Program-made: the position numbers and the translations under genes
NCBI GenBank assembly: GCA_047614525.1
Contig: JBLHEU010000002.1
Span: forward strand, 1-46,470
From: Bacteroidia bacterium
GTDB lineage: Bacteria; Bacteroidota; Bacteroidia; UBA10329
Reading direction: 5' to 3'
DNA: 46,470 nucleotides
The notes under the pieces: model-generated
What the model was told of the DNA's origin: nothing
The model's input: only the letters and a program-made list of their open reading frames with translations
The model's database searches: none
Shown here: positions 1 through 8,809 of the stretch, in pieces
Position numbering within the stretch: the first letter of the stretch is position 1
Layout of the letters: each line of letters begins with the position of its first letter

Positions 1-973
1 GCTTGTTGGAGATGACGGAACCAAGCAACGAACCTGCCTCATCAATCAAAGCTCGTCCTGTCTCCAGGATCAGCAATGGCAATTCATCTTCTACAAATCC
101 AGCATTCATTATGGCTGTAGAAATTGCTTCTGCGTAGTCGTCAAACGTTGGAGAAGTGTCGGATCCGGAAAGAAATGATCCTTTCAGCGTATTAGACGAA
201 GCGAAACCACCCCCCATATCGATGTACTGAATCTTCTTGTCGTACTTTTTCTGAATGCTTAGCGCCAATTCTGAAAGCTTACTTGCCGCAACTCCGTAGG
301 CGTTTGCAGTAAGCATAAACGTTCCTATGTGACTGTGCAGTCCAACCAAATCCATTTTATCGGCAAGAACAATCTTGTTGATGGCATCCCAAGCTTGACC
401 GTTCTCGTAGTTAAATCCGAAGCGATCCCACATTGGGTAAATACCCGTGTCCATGTTTATTCTGATGGCCACTTTCGGACGAATTTCTGTTTCTTCGCAT
501 AACTCGGTTAGTGTGTAAAGTTCATCCAAGTGATCGATGTGAATTAGCGAGTCATTCTCCATCGCTAGCTTCAATTCTTCTACCGTTTTATCCGGACCAT
601 TGAAAATTATTTTTGACCCGGGAACACCATTTTTCAACGCTTTTTGGTACTCAAAACCTGACACAACTTCAGCCCATGAGCCCATGCGGTGATAAACGTT
701 GCAAACCGCGCTTATGTAGTTGGTTTTATAGCTCCACGCAAACTGAACTTTTGGGTAACGTGTGTTAAACGCGCGTACCGCTGACATGTATGTTTCTTCA
801 ATTTTTCGTTCAGAAATAACGAAAAGTGGAGAACCATATTCTTGCATCAAATCGCTAACGCCATTATCCTCAATATGTGTAACTGGCTCATACTCCGTTC
901 GTGTTCCGAACTTATTCATCACACCCGTATTCAGTTTACGGATTATCGGTCTTTCATATCTCTGCTTGTCCAT
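1..973 (-). CDS. Fold-type III PLP-dependent decarboxylase (Orn/DAP/Arg decarboxylase family); 3' end runs off the window
   Basis: Absent from the ORF track because it is open at the window edge. My minus-strand translation from the ATG at 973 reads MDKQRYERPIIRKLNTGVMNKFGT...RYPKVQFAWSYKTNY (Lys in the usual PLP-lysine context)...DLVGLHSHIGTF...KIQYIDMGGGFASS...ILETGRALIDEAGSLLG. The order of these motifs is typical of the family. Confidence 0.75.
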   Translation of the reverse strand, partial: MDKQRYERPIIRKLNTGVMNKFGTRTEYEPVTHIEDNGVSDLMQEYGSPLFVISERKIEETYMSAVRAFNTRYPKVQFAWSYKTNYISAVCNVYHRMGSWAEVVSGFEYQKALKNGVPGSKIIFNGPDKTVEELKLAMENDSLIHIDHLDELYTLTELCEETEIRPKVAIRINMDTGIYPMWDRFGFNYENGQAWDAINKIVLADKMDLVGLHSHIGTFMLTANAYGVAASKLSELALSIQKKYDKKIQYIDMGGGFASSNTLKGSFLSGSDTSPTFDDYAEAISTAIMNAGFVEDELPLLILETGRALIDEAGSLLGSVISNK

Positions 974-1017
974 GTTATTAAGCTTAAAGTCGCAAGTCAC
1001 AAGCGACAAGTTCATAC

Positions 1018-1374
1018 TTAATCAGTTTTTATTGAGCGTTTTAAGCCACTCAGCATTTTCTGAATTTCTTGTGTATTCAACACTAAATCTGCTTGCGTTT
1101 CCGCTAAAACAGGATTGGTTCGACCTAAAATCATCAATTGAGTTTCAAGTTCAAAAGCTGAGCCCATTGCGATATCCAAAAATCGAGCGAATTCCTTGTC
1201 TGTTCCTCTACCTGCACCTTCCGCGATATTGGAAGGAATAGAAACAGCAGACCTGCTTATTTGGGAACCCAACGATATTTTTTCACTCATATCCATTTTA
1301 CCAACTATTTGAAACACATTTTCAACTAAATCCATTGACTTCTGCCAAACAATCAACTTCTTAAAATCCTTCAT
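1018..1374 (-). CDS. Four-helix-bundle protein (23S rRNA intervening-sequence protein / Avd-like family)
   Basis: 118 aa. FKKLIVWQKSMDLV...LGSQISRSAVSIPSNIAEGAGRGTDKEFARFLDIAMGSAFELETQL is the signature of this family (IxEG...kef..fL.iA.GS..E). Confidence 0.85.
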   Translation of the reverse strand: MKDFKKLIVWQKSMDLVENVFQIVGKMDMSEKISLGSQISRSAVSIPSNIAEGAGRGTDKEFARFLDIAMGSAFELETQLMILGRTNPVLAETQADLVLNTQEIQKMLSGLKRSIKTD

Positions 1375-1378
1375 TTCT

Positions 1379-1408
1379 CTTGTAGCTTTCTACTTGAAAC
1401 TTGTAGCT
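1379..1408. repeat. Two direct copies of CTTGTAGCT (1379..1387 and 1400..1408) between the four-helix-bundle gene start and the ATP-grasp stop codon
   Basis: Read directly from the sequence. The second copy overlaps the ATP-grasp stop codon. The opposite flank (999..1010) carries two ACAAG (the reverse complement of CTTGT) inside a small gtcgc/gcgac hairpin at 989..1007. Confidence 0.6.
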
Positions 1409-2478
1409 CAAGAAGCTTTTTTCTTCCTCGGCCCAAGCTCACCGGTTGTGGAGATTTCTTCAAACTCCTTCATGTCCACAATCATATCCCAAGAATACCT
1501 GATAAACATTTTACCCACTTCATATTCGGTGTATTGCGGAACCTTCTCCCCCATTCCAATCTTAACTGCAGCTTCTGGTAAATTTTGTCCGCAACCAACC
1601 GCTAGATATACCCAAGCAGGGAACCGTGGATTGATCTCGAGTAGATAATACTCGTCATCGCTGGTTTTGATGTATTCCAGCTCCATTCCGCCTTTCCATT
1701 TACTTTCCTTAATCAGCTTTTCTGCTTCGTCTAGCAAACCTTGGTCGTCTATACTTACACCTGCCCAAGCTTTTCCTTTATCGGTGATGTATTGCTTTCG
1801 CATTGGCACCATTCCAACCGTGTTTCCATCTCCATCCCCAAGAGCTACAATATTCACCTCCGTTCCGTAAACGAATTCCTGAATTACAATTGGCAAACCC
1901 CACTTGGCGGCCAACTTGTTGAAGTGTGCTTCAACCTGACCTTTATTGTAAGCGATGTGAGCATCGTAAAACTGCCCTTTAACCACCATCGGGTACGTAA
2001 AATCCTGTGCCAAATCTGGAATTTCAGCAGGCGAGAAAATCATCTTGCTTTTTGGAACAGTAAGTCCGTATTTCTCTCCAAACTCTTCCAAATTAACCTT
2101 GTGTCGAGATTCGAACTGGTCCATTGTAGGAAGACAGGTTTTAATGCCAAGGTCTTTCTCCATTCTATCAGCTATCTTGATAAAATTGAACAGTTCAGCA
2201 TCAAAATTCGGGAACAAGAAATCGATATTCTCTAAAGAGTTGATGTATGCCATTCGACCATAAATCACTTCCGTTCCAGATTTCGGAAACGGAATTTGAT
2301 AAACGTGATCCACCATTTCGTGCATGTAAATGCCCGGCTCAAGCGTTTCGTAGCTCAAACCAATAACTCTTACGTCATAATCTTCGCTATCGCGGAGCGC
2401 CCTAATTACAGGCATTCCTGGCCCTGGACTATCGATGTTATTCAGCCCTGTAACGGCTATTGTTAGTTGCTTTTTCAT
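1408..2478 (-). CDS. ATP-grasp family carboxylate-amine ligase
   Basis: 356 aa. Layout is a pre-ATP-grasp domain, then YPMVVKGQFYDAH, then IVIQEFVYGTEVNIV, then ELEYIKT...YYLLEINPRFPAW (the E-x-N Mg/ATP motif). Confidence 0.85.
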   Translation of the reverse strand: MKKQLTIAVTGLNNIDSPGPGMPVIRALRDSEDYDVRVIGLSYETLEPGIYMHEMVDHVYQIPFPKSGTEVIYGRMAYINSLENIDFLFPNFDAELFNFIKIADRMEKDLGIKTCLPTMDQFESRHKVNLEEFGEKYGLTVPKSKMIFSPAEIPDLAQDFTYPMVVKGQFYDAHIAYNKGQVEAHFNKLAAKWGLPIVIQEFVYGTEVNIVALGDGDGNTVGMVPMRKQYITDKGKAWAGVSIDDQGLLDEAEKLIKESKWKGGMELEYIKTSDDEYYLLEINPRFPAWVYLAVGCGQNLPEAAVKIGMGEKVPQYTEYEVGKMFIRYSWDMIVDMKEFEEISTTGELGPRKKKAS

Positions 2479-2481
2479 GAC

Positions 2482-2727
2482 TTACGCGTCTAAGAGTTTG
2501 AATTGCCCGAGCATTTTCAGGAAATCGTAATAGTCCTTGTCTAAAGTTTCTTCATCTATATCATACCAAGCGCGAATGGTATTTTTAATATCCATTTCGC
2601 TCTTACCATCCTTCATCAACTTAAGAATCTCGGTTCCAACATTATTAAGAGAAAAGGAATCGCCACTGGTTGGATTGAATACAAACCCCGACTCGCTAAC
2701 TGCTATGTTTTTCTTAAGTGCTATCAT
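2482..2727 (-). CDS. PqqD-family (RRE-type) small chaperone-like protein
   Basis: 81 aa. FSLNNVGTEILKLMKDGKSEMDIKNTIRAWYDIDEETLDKDYYDFLKMLGQFKLL fits the PqqD pattern (lN.tg..iw.l.dG..s..ei...l...y.....e.l..Dv..Fl..L...gll). Only 3 nt separate its stop from the ATP-grasp start. Confidence 0.75.
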   Translation of the reverse strand: MIALKKNIAVSESGFVFNPTSGDSFSLNNVGTEILKLMKDGKSEMDIKNTIRAWYDIDEETLDKDYYDFLKMLGQFKLLDA

Positions 2728-2823
2728 GATTTCTCTCTTTTAATTCTTTCTAATCTCGCTATCAAAGTAACGTTCAGAGTCTTTGAATTGAGTTACAGTA
2801 TTTCTAATTTATTGTGTAATATT

Positions 2824-3414
2824 TCATTTCACCACTAATTCTAACAGTTGATCCAATGGAATTCTAGCCCCACCTTTTCCATCCTTAAATTGCTTTGGCG
2901 TTACGGACGTTACTTGCTTAAACTGGTTACTCAAATACTGAACGCTGCTGTATCCCATCTGGTAAGATATCTCACTCAAAGTCAGGTTTTTATAGCTAAG
3001 TAGTTCTTTCACTCGTTCAATCTTTAAAAGGATGATGTATTTCTCTAGTGTTGTTCCTGTTTGATCAGAGAAAATTCTGCTCAATTGATGATACGGCATT
3101 CCAGTTCTTTCGCTCAGGTGATCAGAATTTCTAATCAAAGAGTTAGCATTGTTCCCATGATAGAACAACTCAATTGAAGCCGCCTTAATCATTTCAACAT
3201 GTTGCTGACCATCATCCTCAACCAGTGCAAAACCAATAGAGGGCAGCGCATCAATAAGCTGCGCTAATTGTTGCTCATCCTCATAACCTACAACTGCGCG
3301 GCCTAACGAAATGCGCTCACGCTCAATCATATCCAACTGCTTCATCATTTGCCGAATGGCTACGATGCAACGGCTGCTTACCATGTTGCGTATGTAGATT
3401 TCGGCAGTTTTCAT
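2824..3414 (-). CDS. AraC-family transcriptional regulator (small N-terminal HMA-like domain plus AraC HTH)
   Basis: 196 aa. The C-terminus LTLSEISYQMGYSSVQYLSNQFKQVTSVTPKQF is an AraC-type HTH. The N-terminal IYIRNMVSSRCIVAI resembles the MVCxRC domain of small Bacteroidota AraC regulators. Confidence 0.85.
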   Translation of the reverse strand: MKTAEIYIRNMVSSRCIVAIRQMMKQLDMIERERISLGRAVVGYEDEQQLAQLIDALPSIGFALVEDDGQQHVEMIKAASIELFYHGNNANSLIRNSDHLSERTGMPYHQLSRIFSDQTGTTLEKYIILLKIERVKELLSYKNLTLSEISYQMGYSSVQYLSNQFKQVTSVTPKQFKDGKGGARIPLDQLLELVVK

Positions 3415-3576
3415 TCAGTTGTCTTTGTTTTTGGTAAACCGTTTAAGATTAAAATCAAAGTACGAACATCGGCATTAAAGGTTATTTACAGAATTACCAT
3501 TGGTTTTAATGAAATGCCAAAACGGGCTAAATACTGAAATGCGATGCTCTTAACAACCGAAAGCATTGCATATTCA

Positions 3577-3720
3577 TCAGCAATTGTTGTGAGTTGAAAG
3601 TGTAGTAGAAGTTGCTGGTGAATCAGACTCATAGGTATTACGAGAGGTGATTGAAAAAGAAACAACTGCAGCTAAAGAGAAGAATCGTCCCATTTTAACT
3701 GTTTTATTTAAAGTATTCAT
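3577..3720 (-). CDS. Hypothetical 47-aa peptide (MNTLNKTVKMGRFFSLAAVVSFSITSRNTYESDSPATSTTLSTHNNC)
   Basis: ATG-to-TGA ORF below the track cutoff, found by hand in the 412-nt gap between the membrane-protein gene and the AraC gene, on the same strand as both. It has a hydrophobic N-terminal half and a Ser/Thr/Asp/Glu-rich C-terminal half ending in Cys. No homology evidence. Confidence 0.25.
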   Translation of the reverse strand: MNTLNKTVKMGRFFSLAAVVSFSITSRNTYESDSPATSTTLSTHNNC

Positions 3721-3826
3721 GATAATGTGTGTTTAAGGGTTTGAGTAATTGGTATGCCCCAGTTGTGCTGCTACCCCTAAAACTGCACTTCCGAAATTAC
3801 GTAATCGGCTACGCAGGTCTACGTTA

Positions 3827-5389
3827 TTAGATTGTATTGATAGACTTGAATTCGGTTAATACCCAACTCCCCTCTTGATGGATAATGGAACCTAATTCAT
3901 CAACAAACTGACACGTTTCTAAATTATCCAAACGGTAATCAATGTGTTTTCTTACACCCCGATAATTACGAGTATGAAATTTATCGACTGCGGCTTTCCG
4001 AGCATCAATTCCTTCTAGATTTTCGATTGAAACACCGTAAATTTCCATGTAATCGTCATACCAAGGCATCATAAAAAATGGCTCATGTATTATGGCCTGA
4101 AAATGAATTGGAACAGACCGTTTTGCTTGACACGGAAACAAATTATTATCTGGAGATATAAGCACAGAAACATCTAAATCGGTGTTTTTTTCAATCCAGA
4201 AATGCATGTTTTCTAAATCTGAATAAACTCGGTTACCAACCATGTATTTATGCTGATAAGCCTCAGGTAAAAACTTTGAGTTTGTAATGGAAAAAAGTAA
4301 ACAGATAGAAAGGAAAAAGGAAGAAGGGAAAAGGTGTTTTCGAAGTTGAGTGAGTGGTATAAATCCGCTGAGAAACTGGCCCACAAATCCAGCAATCATT
4401 ATTGAGCTAAACGCCCCAATCCAAACAGTGATTTTAAACCACTGAACTTTTCCTAATTGGTGAATATTCAAATGCTCCAATCCAACCCAATAAACCAACA
4501 TTCCGAGTAGACCAAAACCGACTAACCCTGGGTAAAATTCCTTGTCGTTTGGTTTCACCAAGAAGTAGGAAATCAAGCCAAGCACAAGTAAACCACCAAA
4601 CTTAATGTAATGTGTGGTTGGGAAAAGACTGGGTAAATAATGATGATGATTTCTGAAGCGATAGAGAATCTCATAGTACAGTTCTTTATCAAACAGAACA
4701 CCTTCTGCGAACTGCCGAGAAAAAACAGGAACAAGAATGAACATTGCAATTGCTAGAAAGGAAGCAATCAAAGACACCGTTAACTTCAAATTTCTCTTGA
4801 CTAATAATTCTATCCCGGTAAGAATGAGAAATAACTGCAACCCTACTAATGGTTGAAAAAGAGCAGCTATACCCAGAATTATTCCCGCAAAAACCATTCT
4901 TGACCTTACAAATTGAAGTAAGGCAAATGCTGAAATACTCTTTGCCACGGTGCTTGAAATAAAGCTTCCGTACATAACGTGATTCCCGCCTACAGTAAAT
5001 CCGTAGAAAACAATAATAGCAAAAACAGGTGCCAGTAAAACAGACCACCGATTAGCAAAAAGCTTCTCGGCAATTCGTGCAAACGAATAAGCGATTAAGG
5101 CAATACAAAGAAATGTGAGCACAAATAAGCCCCATTCTAAACCAATCGTTTTAGAAACGACCAAGACAAAATGCTCATAGTAATAACGAACTGTAAAGAT
5201 GGAATTGGTCGCGTTTACGAAGTAATCGACTGGGTATAATTCAGCATCTAAAAGCTGATAGATTTGCGGTAAATGCTCCGCCTGATCGTTGGTGTTAAAT
5301 TGATAACCTCGAACCAATAAGAACAGAGCAGCAACAAAACAGGCATACCCTAATAATGGTAAAGAAGTTCCGAAAGGGCGTTGACTCAT
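3827..5389 (-). CDS. Polytopic integral membrane protein of unknown function
   Basis: 520 aa with more than 10 hydrophobic helices and a soluble C-terminal domain of about 130 aa. I recognise no catalytic motif. Confidence 0.7.
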   Translation of the reverse strand: MSQRPFGTSLPLLGYACFVAALFLLVRGYQFNTNDQAEHLPQIYQLLDAELYPVDYFVNATNSIFTVRYYYEHFVLVVSKTIGLEWGLFVLTFLCIALIAYSFARIAEKLFANRWSVLLAPVFAIIVFYGFTVGGNHVMYGSFISSTVAKSISAFALLQFVRSRMVFAGIILGIAALFQPLVGLQLFLILTGIELLVKRNLKLTVSLIASFLAIAMFILVPVFSRQFAEGVLFDKELYYEILYRFRNHHHYLPSLFPTTHYIKFGGLLVLGLISYFLVKPNDKEFYPGLVGFGLLGMLVYWVGLEHLNIHQLGKVQWFKITVWIGAFSSIMIAGFVGQFLSGFIPLTQLRKHLFPSSFFLSICLLFSITNSKFLPEAYQHKYMVGNRVYSDLENMHFWIEKNTDLDVSVLISPDNNLFPCQAKRSVPIHFQAIIHEPFFMMPWYDDYMEIYGVSIENLEGIDARKAAVDKFHTRNYRGVRKHIDYRLDNLETCQFVDELGSIIHQEGSWVLTEFKSINTI

Positions 5390-5424
5390 TCTGCGAGCAA
5401 AATTACCGTTAATTTTATGCTGAA

Positions 5425-6114
5425 ATGTACAAGCGGATTCTACTTGTTGAAGACGAAGAAAGCCTCCAGGATATCATTAAGTTGAACTTGGAGCTTGAAG
5501 GCTATGAAGTATCTGCTGTAAACAACGGCAAGGTGGCTTTGGAGGAATTTGCTTCAAAACGTTTCGACCTTGTAATATTGGATGTAATGTTGCCTGAGGT
5601 TGATGGATTTACAATTTGCCAGACGATTAGGTTGGAAAACACACATGTTCCTATCCTTTTTCTAACAGCCAAAAGCTCTGCAGAAGACCGTGTTTTTGGA
5701 CTCAAAATTGGTGGAGATGATTATCTCACCAAGCCATTCAATTTAGATGAGTTTTTACTGCGCGTTCAATCACTACTTAAACGTGGTGTCAATACTATAA
5801 ACCGCACGGTAGATTCTTTTAAATTTGGTAGTTGTAGTATCGATTTTAACTCTTTCACTATAAAAGACCTGACAGGAACTGAGCATCAGTTGTCTAAACG
5901 GGAAATGAAACTACTTCGTCTTTTTGTAGAGAGAAGAAATGAGGTTTTATCGAGAGAAACCATTTTAGAGACCGTTTGGGGTTATGATGTTTTTCCTTCT
6001 ACACGTACCATCGACAATTACATTCTGGCATTCAGAAAGTATTTTGAGAAAGACCCGAAAGACCCTAACCACTTTCTATCTGTAAGAAGTGTTGGTTACA
6101 AGTTTGTGGCTTAG
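5425..6114 (+). CDS. OmpR/PhoB-type response regulator (no histidine kinase gene adjacent)
   Basis: Receiver domain (ILLVEDEE...DLVILDVMLPEVDG...LTAK...DDYLTKPF) plus a winged-helix output domain (LSKREMKLLRLF...TRTIDNYILAFRK...VRSVGYKF). Confidence 0.9.
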   Translation: MYKRILLVEDEESLQDIIKLNLELEGYEVSAVNNGKVALEEFASKRFDLVILDVMLPEVDGFTICQTIRLENTHVPILFLTAKSSAEDRVFGLKIGGDDYLTKPFNLDEFLLRVQSLLKRGVNTINRTVDSFKFGSCSIDFNSFTIKDLTGTEHQLSKREMKLLRLFVERRNEVLSRETILETVWGYDVFPSTRTIDNYILAFRKYFEKDPKDPNHFLSVRSVGYKFVA

Positions 6115-6165
6115 TGGTATCTAAAACCAGCAATTCTGTTGTTAGCGTGTCTCAGAACACTCTTA

Positions 6166-8628
6166 CTAAATAGGATCTACATCTGGTAGGAAGAATACTG
6201 ATCTGAACTCCTTTCTAGAATGCACTTCTTGGATAATTTCGAAAATTCTAGCTTTCCGTTGCTTAATATTTTGTCCGCCCATTTTCAGAATAATGTGCTT
6301 GTTGTACTTGTTCCTAACCCGTTGAACGATAGGATATTCTGGCCCTAGAAGTAGCTTATCAGGAATTGGCTCTAGTACATCAGCTAGAGCCTGAGCCGCT
6401 TCATCTACTTTATCTCTATCTCTGTGCTTAATGGTAATCTTTATCATTCGGATAAAGGGCGGATATCTGAACGTTTTACGTTGCGAAAGTTCTGCATCGT
6501 ACATTCCTTCATAATCGTTATGAACAACTTTTTCTATGATAAAATGCTGAGGGTCTGAGGTTTGAATAACCACCAATCCCCTTCTACCCTTACGCCCTGC
6601 TCTACCACTTACTTGCGCCATTAGTTGATAAGCCCTCTCGTATGCTCTGAAATCTGGATAATTAAGCAATGCATCGGCATTAAGCACACCAACAAGACCA
6701 ACATGGTCAAAATCTAAACCTTTGGTAACCATTTGAGTACCAACCAAAATTTGAACCCTCTGATCTTCAAAATCTGAGATAATACGCTGGTAAGAATGTT
6801 TGCCTCTTGTGGTGTCTAAATCCATTCTGGCTAATACAGATTCAGGAAAATGTACCCCCAACTCCTCCTCTATTTGCTCGGTTCCAAAACCTTTAGTTTT
6901 AAGGTGTGTTGATTTGCATTTAGGGCATATCTGTGGCGCACCGCTTGCATGTCCGCAATAATGGCACCGAACATCCTGACTGTATTTATGGTACGTTAGC
7001 GAGATATCGCAATTGATGCAATCTGGCACCCAACCACAATTATTGCACTGAATAAAACTTGAATAACCTCTCCTATTCTGAAAAATGATAACCTGCTGAT
7101 TTCTGGCTAACGTTTCCTTAATTCTTTGCAGCAATTGGGACGAAAACGGCCCCTTCATAGATTCCGCCTTTCGTTCGATATTCAAATCACATAATTCAAT
7201 ATATGGAAGTTGAATTCCGCCATAGCGCTCGTTAAGTTTTACAAGACCAATCTTCCCTCGCACACCATTATAATATGCTTCAATACTTGGCGTGGCTGAA
7301 CCCAATAACAGTTTTGCATTTGCCTGTTTACAGAGATACGCAGCTGCATCTCTGGCATGGTATCGCGGTGCTGGATCGTGTTGTTTAAACGTGTGTTCGT
7401 GTTCTTCATCTAGAATAACAAACCCAAGACTTTTAAACGGTAGAAAAAGCGAAGAACGTGCACCTATAACTACTTCGTACGGGTTTGATGAAAGCAGTTT
7501 ATTCCAAACCTCAACGCGTTCATTTTCAGATATTTTGGAATGATACATGCCCACTTTTTCTCCAAAGTGCTTCTGTAATCGCTGAATGATTTGTGTTGTA
7601 AGGGCAATTTCTGGCAGCATATAAAGCACCTGCTTTCCGTTGGCAATGTGCTTTTCAATCAGCTCGATATAAATTTCGGTTTTACCGCTACCCGTAACGC
7701 CATGAAGCAAGGCTGCATCATTATCCAGCAAAGAGTGACTAATCTCTTCAAAGGCCTTGTCTTGCTTTTCGGTAAGTTTTATTCCCTCCGTAGCCCACGA
7801 TTCTTGATTAACCAAACGGGCAACCTCAACCAATTCTTTTACAAGGATGTCCTTTTTTACTAATTGTTCAATTGCAGCGGCAGAAATGCCGTTATCCTGA
7901 ATAAGTACTTGTCGTTTTACAGTACCTCCTTTCTTTGAACTTCTTGAGCATTGCAAAAACTGCATAAGTGCTTCCAGCTGTTTATTCGCTCGTTTAAGAG
8001 CAGTAAAAACCTCTTCTAACTTTTCCTTATCCGCTAACCACGCTGCCAAGCGATAAACGATTTCTGTCTTAGGCTTAAACTTCTGCTGTACCTCTTCAAA
8101 GCGCATAATTGCGCGTTTATGCTCTAATGTGAGGACCACACGGTGCACATGTGTTTGGCGCATCAGCTTTGCTAAATCTTCTAGCGTCAAAAACTCGCTG
8201 TGCTGAAGCGCTTCTAACACATGAAGTTCATCTTCGCTCATTCCATCCGTTTCGCCAAAATAATCTGGATGAATAGCTAAACGACTCTCACTAGAAAGCT
8301 TTAATCCTCCAGGAATTGCGGCATTCATTACATCACCCAAATGGCACATGTAATAAGTTCTAATCCACTCCCAAAAATCTATTTGATGCTGATACACAAC
8401 TGGCGCATCATCCAGCAACTCATCAATGTATTTGGCTTGATGCTGAGTTGGTGGCCTATCGTGTACTTCGAAAATAATTCCGGTGTACAATTTCCTTCTG
8501 CCAAAAGGAACTACCACGCGCTTGCCAACTTCTACCTCAGTTTCTAAAACCCTGGGTACACGGTAAGTAAACGTTCCCGCCAGCGGGCGAGGAATAATTA
8601 CCTCTACAAATATAGCCAAAGAAGACAT
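6166..8628 (-). CDS. priA: Primosomal protein N' (replication restart helicase PriA)
   Basis: Walker A GVTGSGKT, a DEEH box (VILDEEHE), four Cys pairs of the zinc-binding region (CNNCGW..CINCD..CHYCGH..CPKC) and a helicase C-terminal domain. I chose the ATG at 8628 (MSSLAIFVEVIIPRPL). The track ORF extends 25 codons further, to 8703. Confidence 0.9.
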   Translation of the reverse strand: MSSLAIFVEVIIPRPLAGTFTYRVPRVLETEVEVGKRVVVPFGRRKLYTGIIFEVHDRPPTQHQAKYIDELLDDAPVVYQHQIDFWEWIRTYYMCHLGDVMNAAIPGGLKLSSESRLAIHPDYFGETDGMSEDELHVLEALQHSEFLTLEDLAKLMRQTHVHRVVLTLEHKRAIMRFEEVQQKFKPKTEIVYRLAAWLADKEKLEEVFTALKRANKQLEALMQFLQCSRSSKKGGTVKRQVLIQDNGISAAAIEQLVKKDILVKELVEVARLVNQESWATEGIKLTEKQDKAFEEISHSLLDNDAALLHGVTGSGKTEIYIELIEKHIANGKQVLYMLPEIALTTQIIQRLQKHFGEKVGMYHSKISENERVEVWNKLLSSNPYEVVIGARSSLFLPFKSLGFVILDEEHEHTFKQHDPAPRYHARDAAAYLCKQANAKLLLGSATPSIEAYYNGVRGKIGLVKLNERYGGIQLPYIELCDLNIERKAESMKGPFSSQLLQRIKETLARNQQVIIFQNRRGYSSFIQCNNCGWVPDCINCDISLTYHKYSQDVRCHYCGHASGAPQICPKCKSTHLKTKGFGTEQIEEELGVHFPESVLARMDLDTTRGKHSYQRIISDFEDQRVQILVGTQMVTKGLDFDHVGLVGVLNADALLNYPDFRAYERAYQLMAQVSGRAGRKGRRGLVVIQTSDPQHFIIEKVVHNDYEGMYDAELSQRKTFRYPPFIRMIKITIKHRDRDKVDEAAQALADVLEPIPDKLLLGPEYPIVQRVRNKYNKHIILKMGGQNIKQRKARIFEIIQEVHSRKEFRSVFFLPDVDPI

Positions 8629-8809
8629 GGCCGTAAGGTAATATGCATTGCTGAATTGATTACAGCGATTGGGATTTAGAGTGTCATTATCTGGATGCTT
8701 CAATGTTTTTAATTAAGGCAGCCGAACCCCGTTACTTGATTCAAACAGACAGTTAATAAATAGCCAATTATGGCTATTGCCTGCAAACAAGTGCTTTCTT
8801 AAATTTAAC

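Noticed and set aside
1018-1374. Diversity-generating retroelement, because the four-helix-bundle protein is Avd-like
   Set aside because: There is no reverse transcriptase and no template/variable repeat pair anywhere in the window.
762-2263. Plus-strand track ORFs (762..1241, 1394..1648, 1667..1870, 1741..2235, 2045..2263). The same type of shadow ORF occurs elsewhere, for example 4689..5048, 7292..7863, 32318..32722, 36533..36925 and 38580..38867.
   Set aside because: All are embedded in, or antisense to, longer ORFs with clear family motifs. Their sequences are low-complexity with no recognisable motifs.
8629-8703. N-terminal extensions in the ORF track (priA to 8703; also 15621, 18426, 19908, 26417, 29716, 32975, 36165, 45188)
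   Set aside because: Four of the longer forms start at TTG (26417, 29716, 36165 and the window-edge ORF at 46454). The others use upstream starts that add non-conserved residues ahead of an obvious signal peptide or a canonical N-terminus. In two cases (15621 and 19908) the extension would swallow the predicted -7 box. I chose the internal ATG starts.
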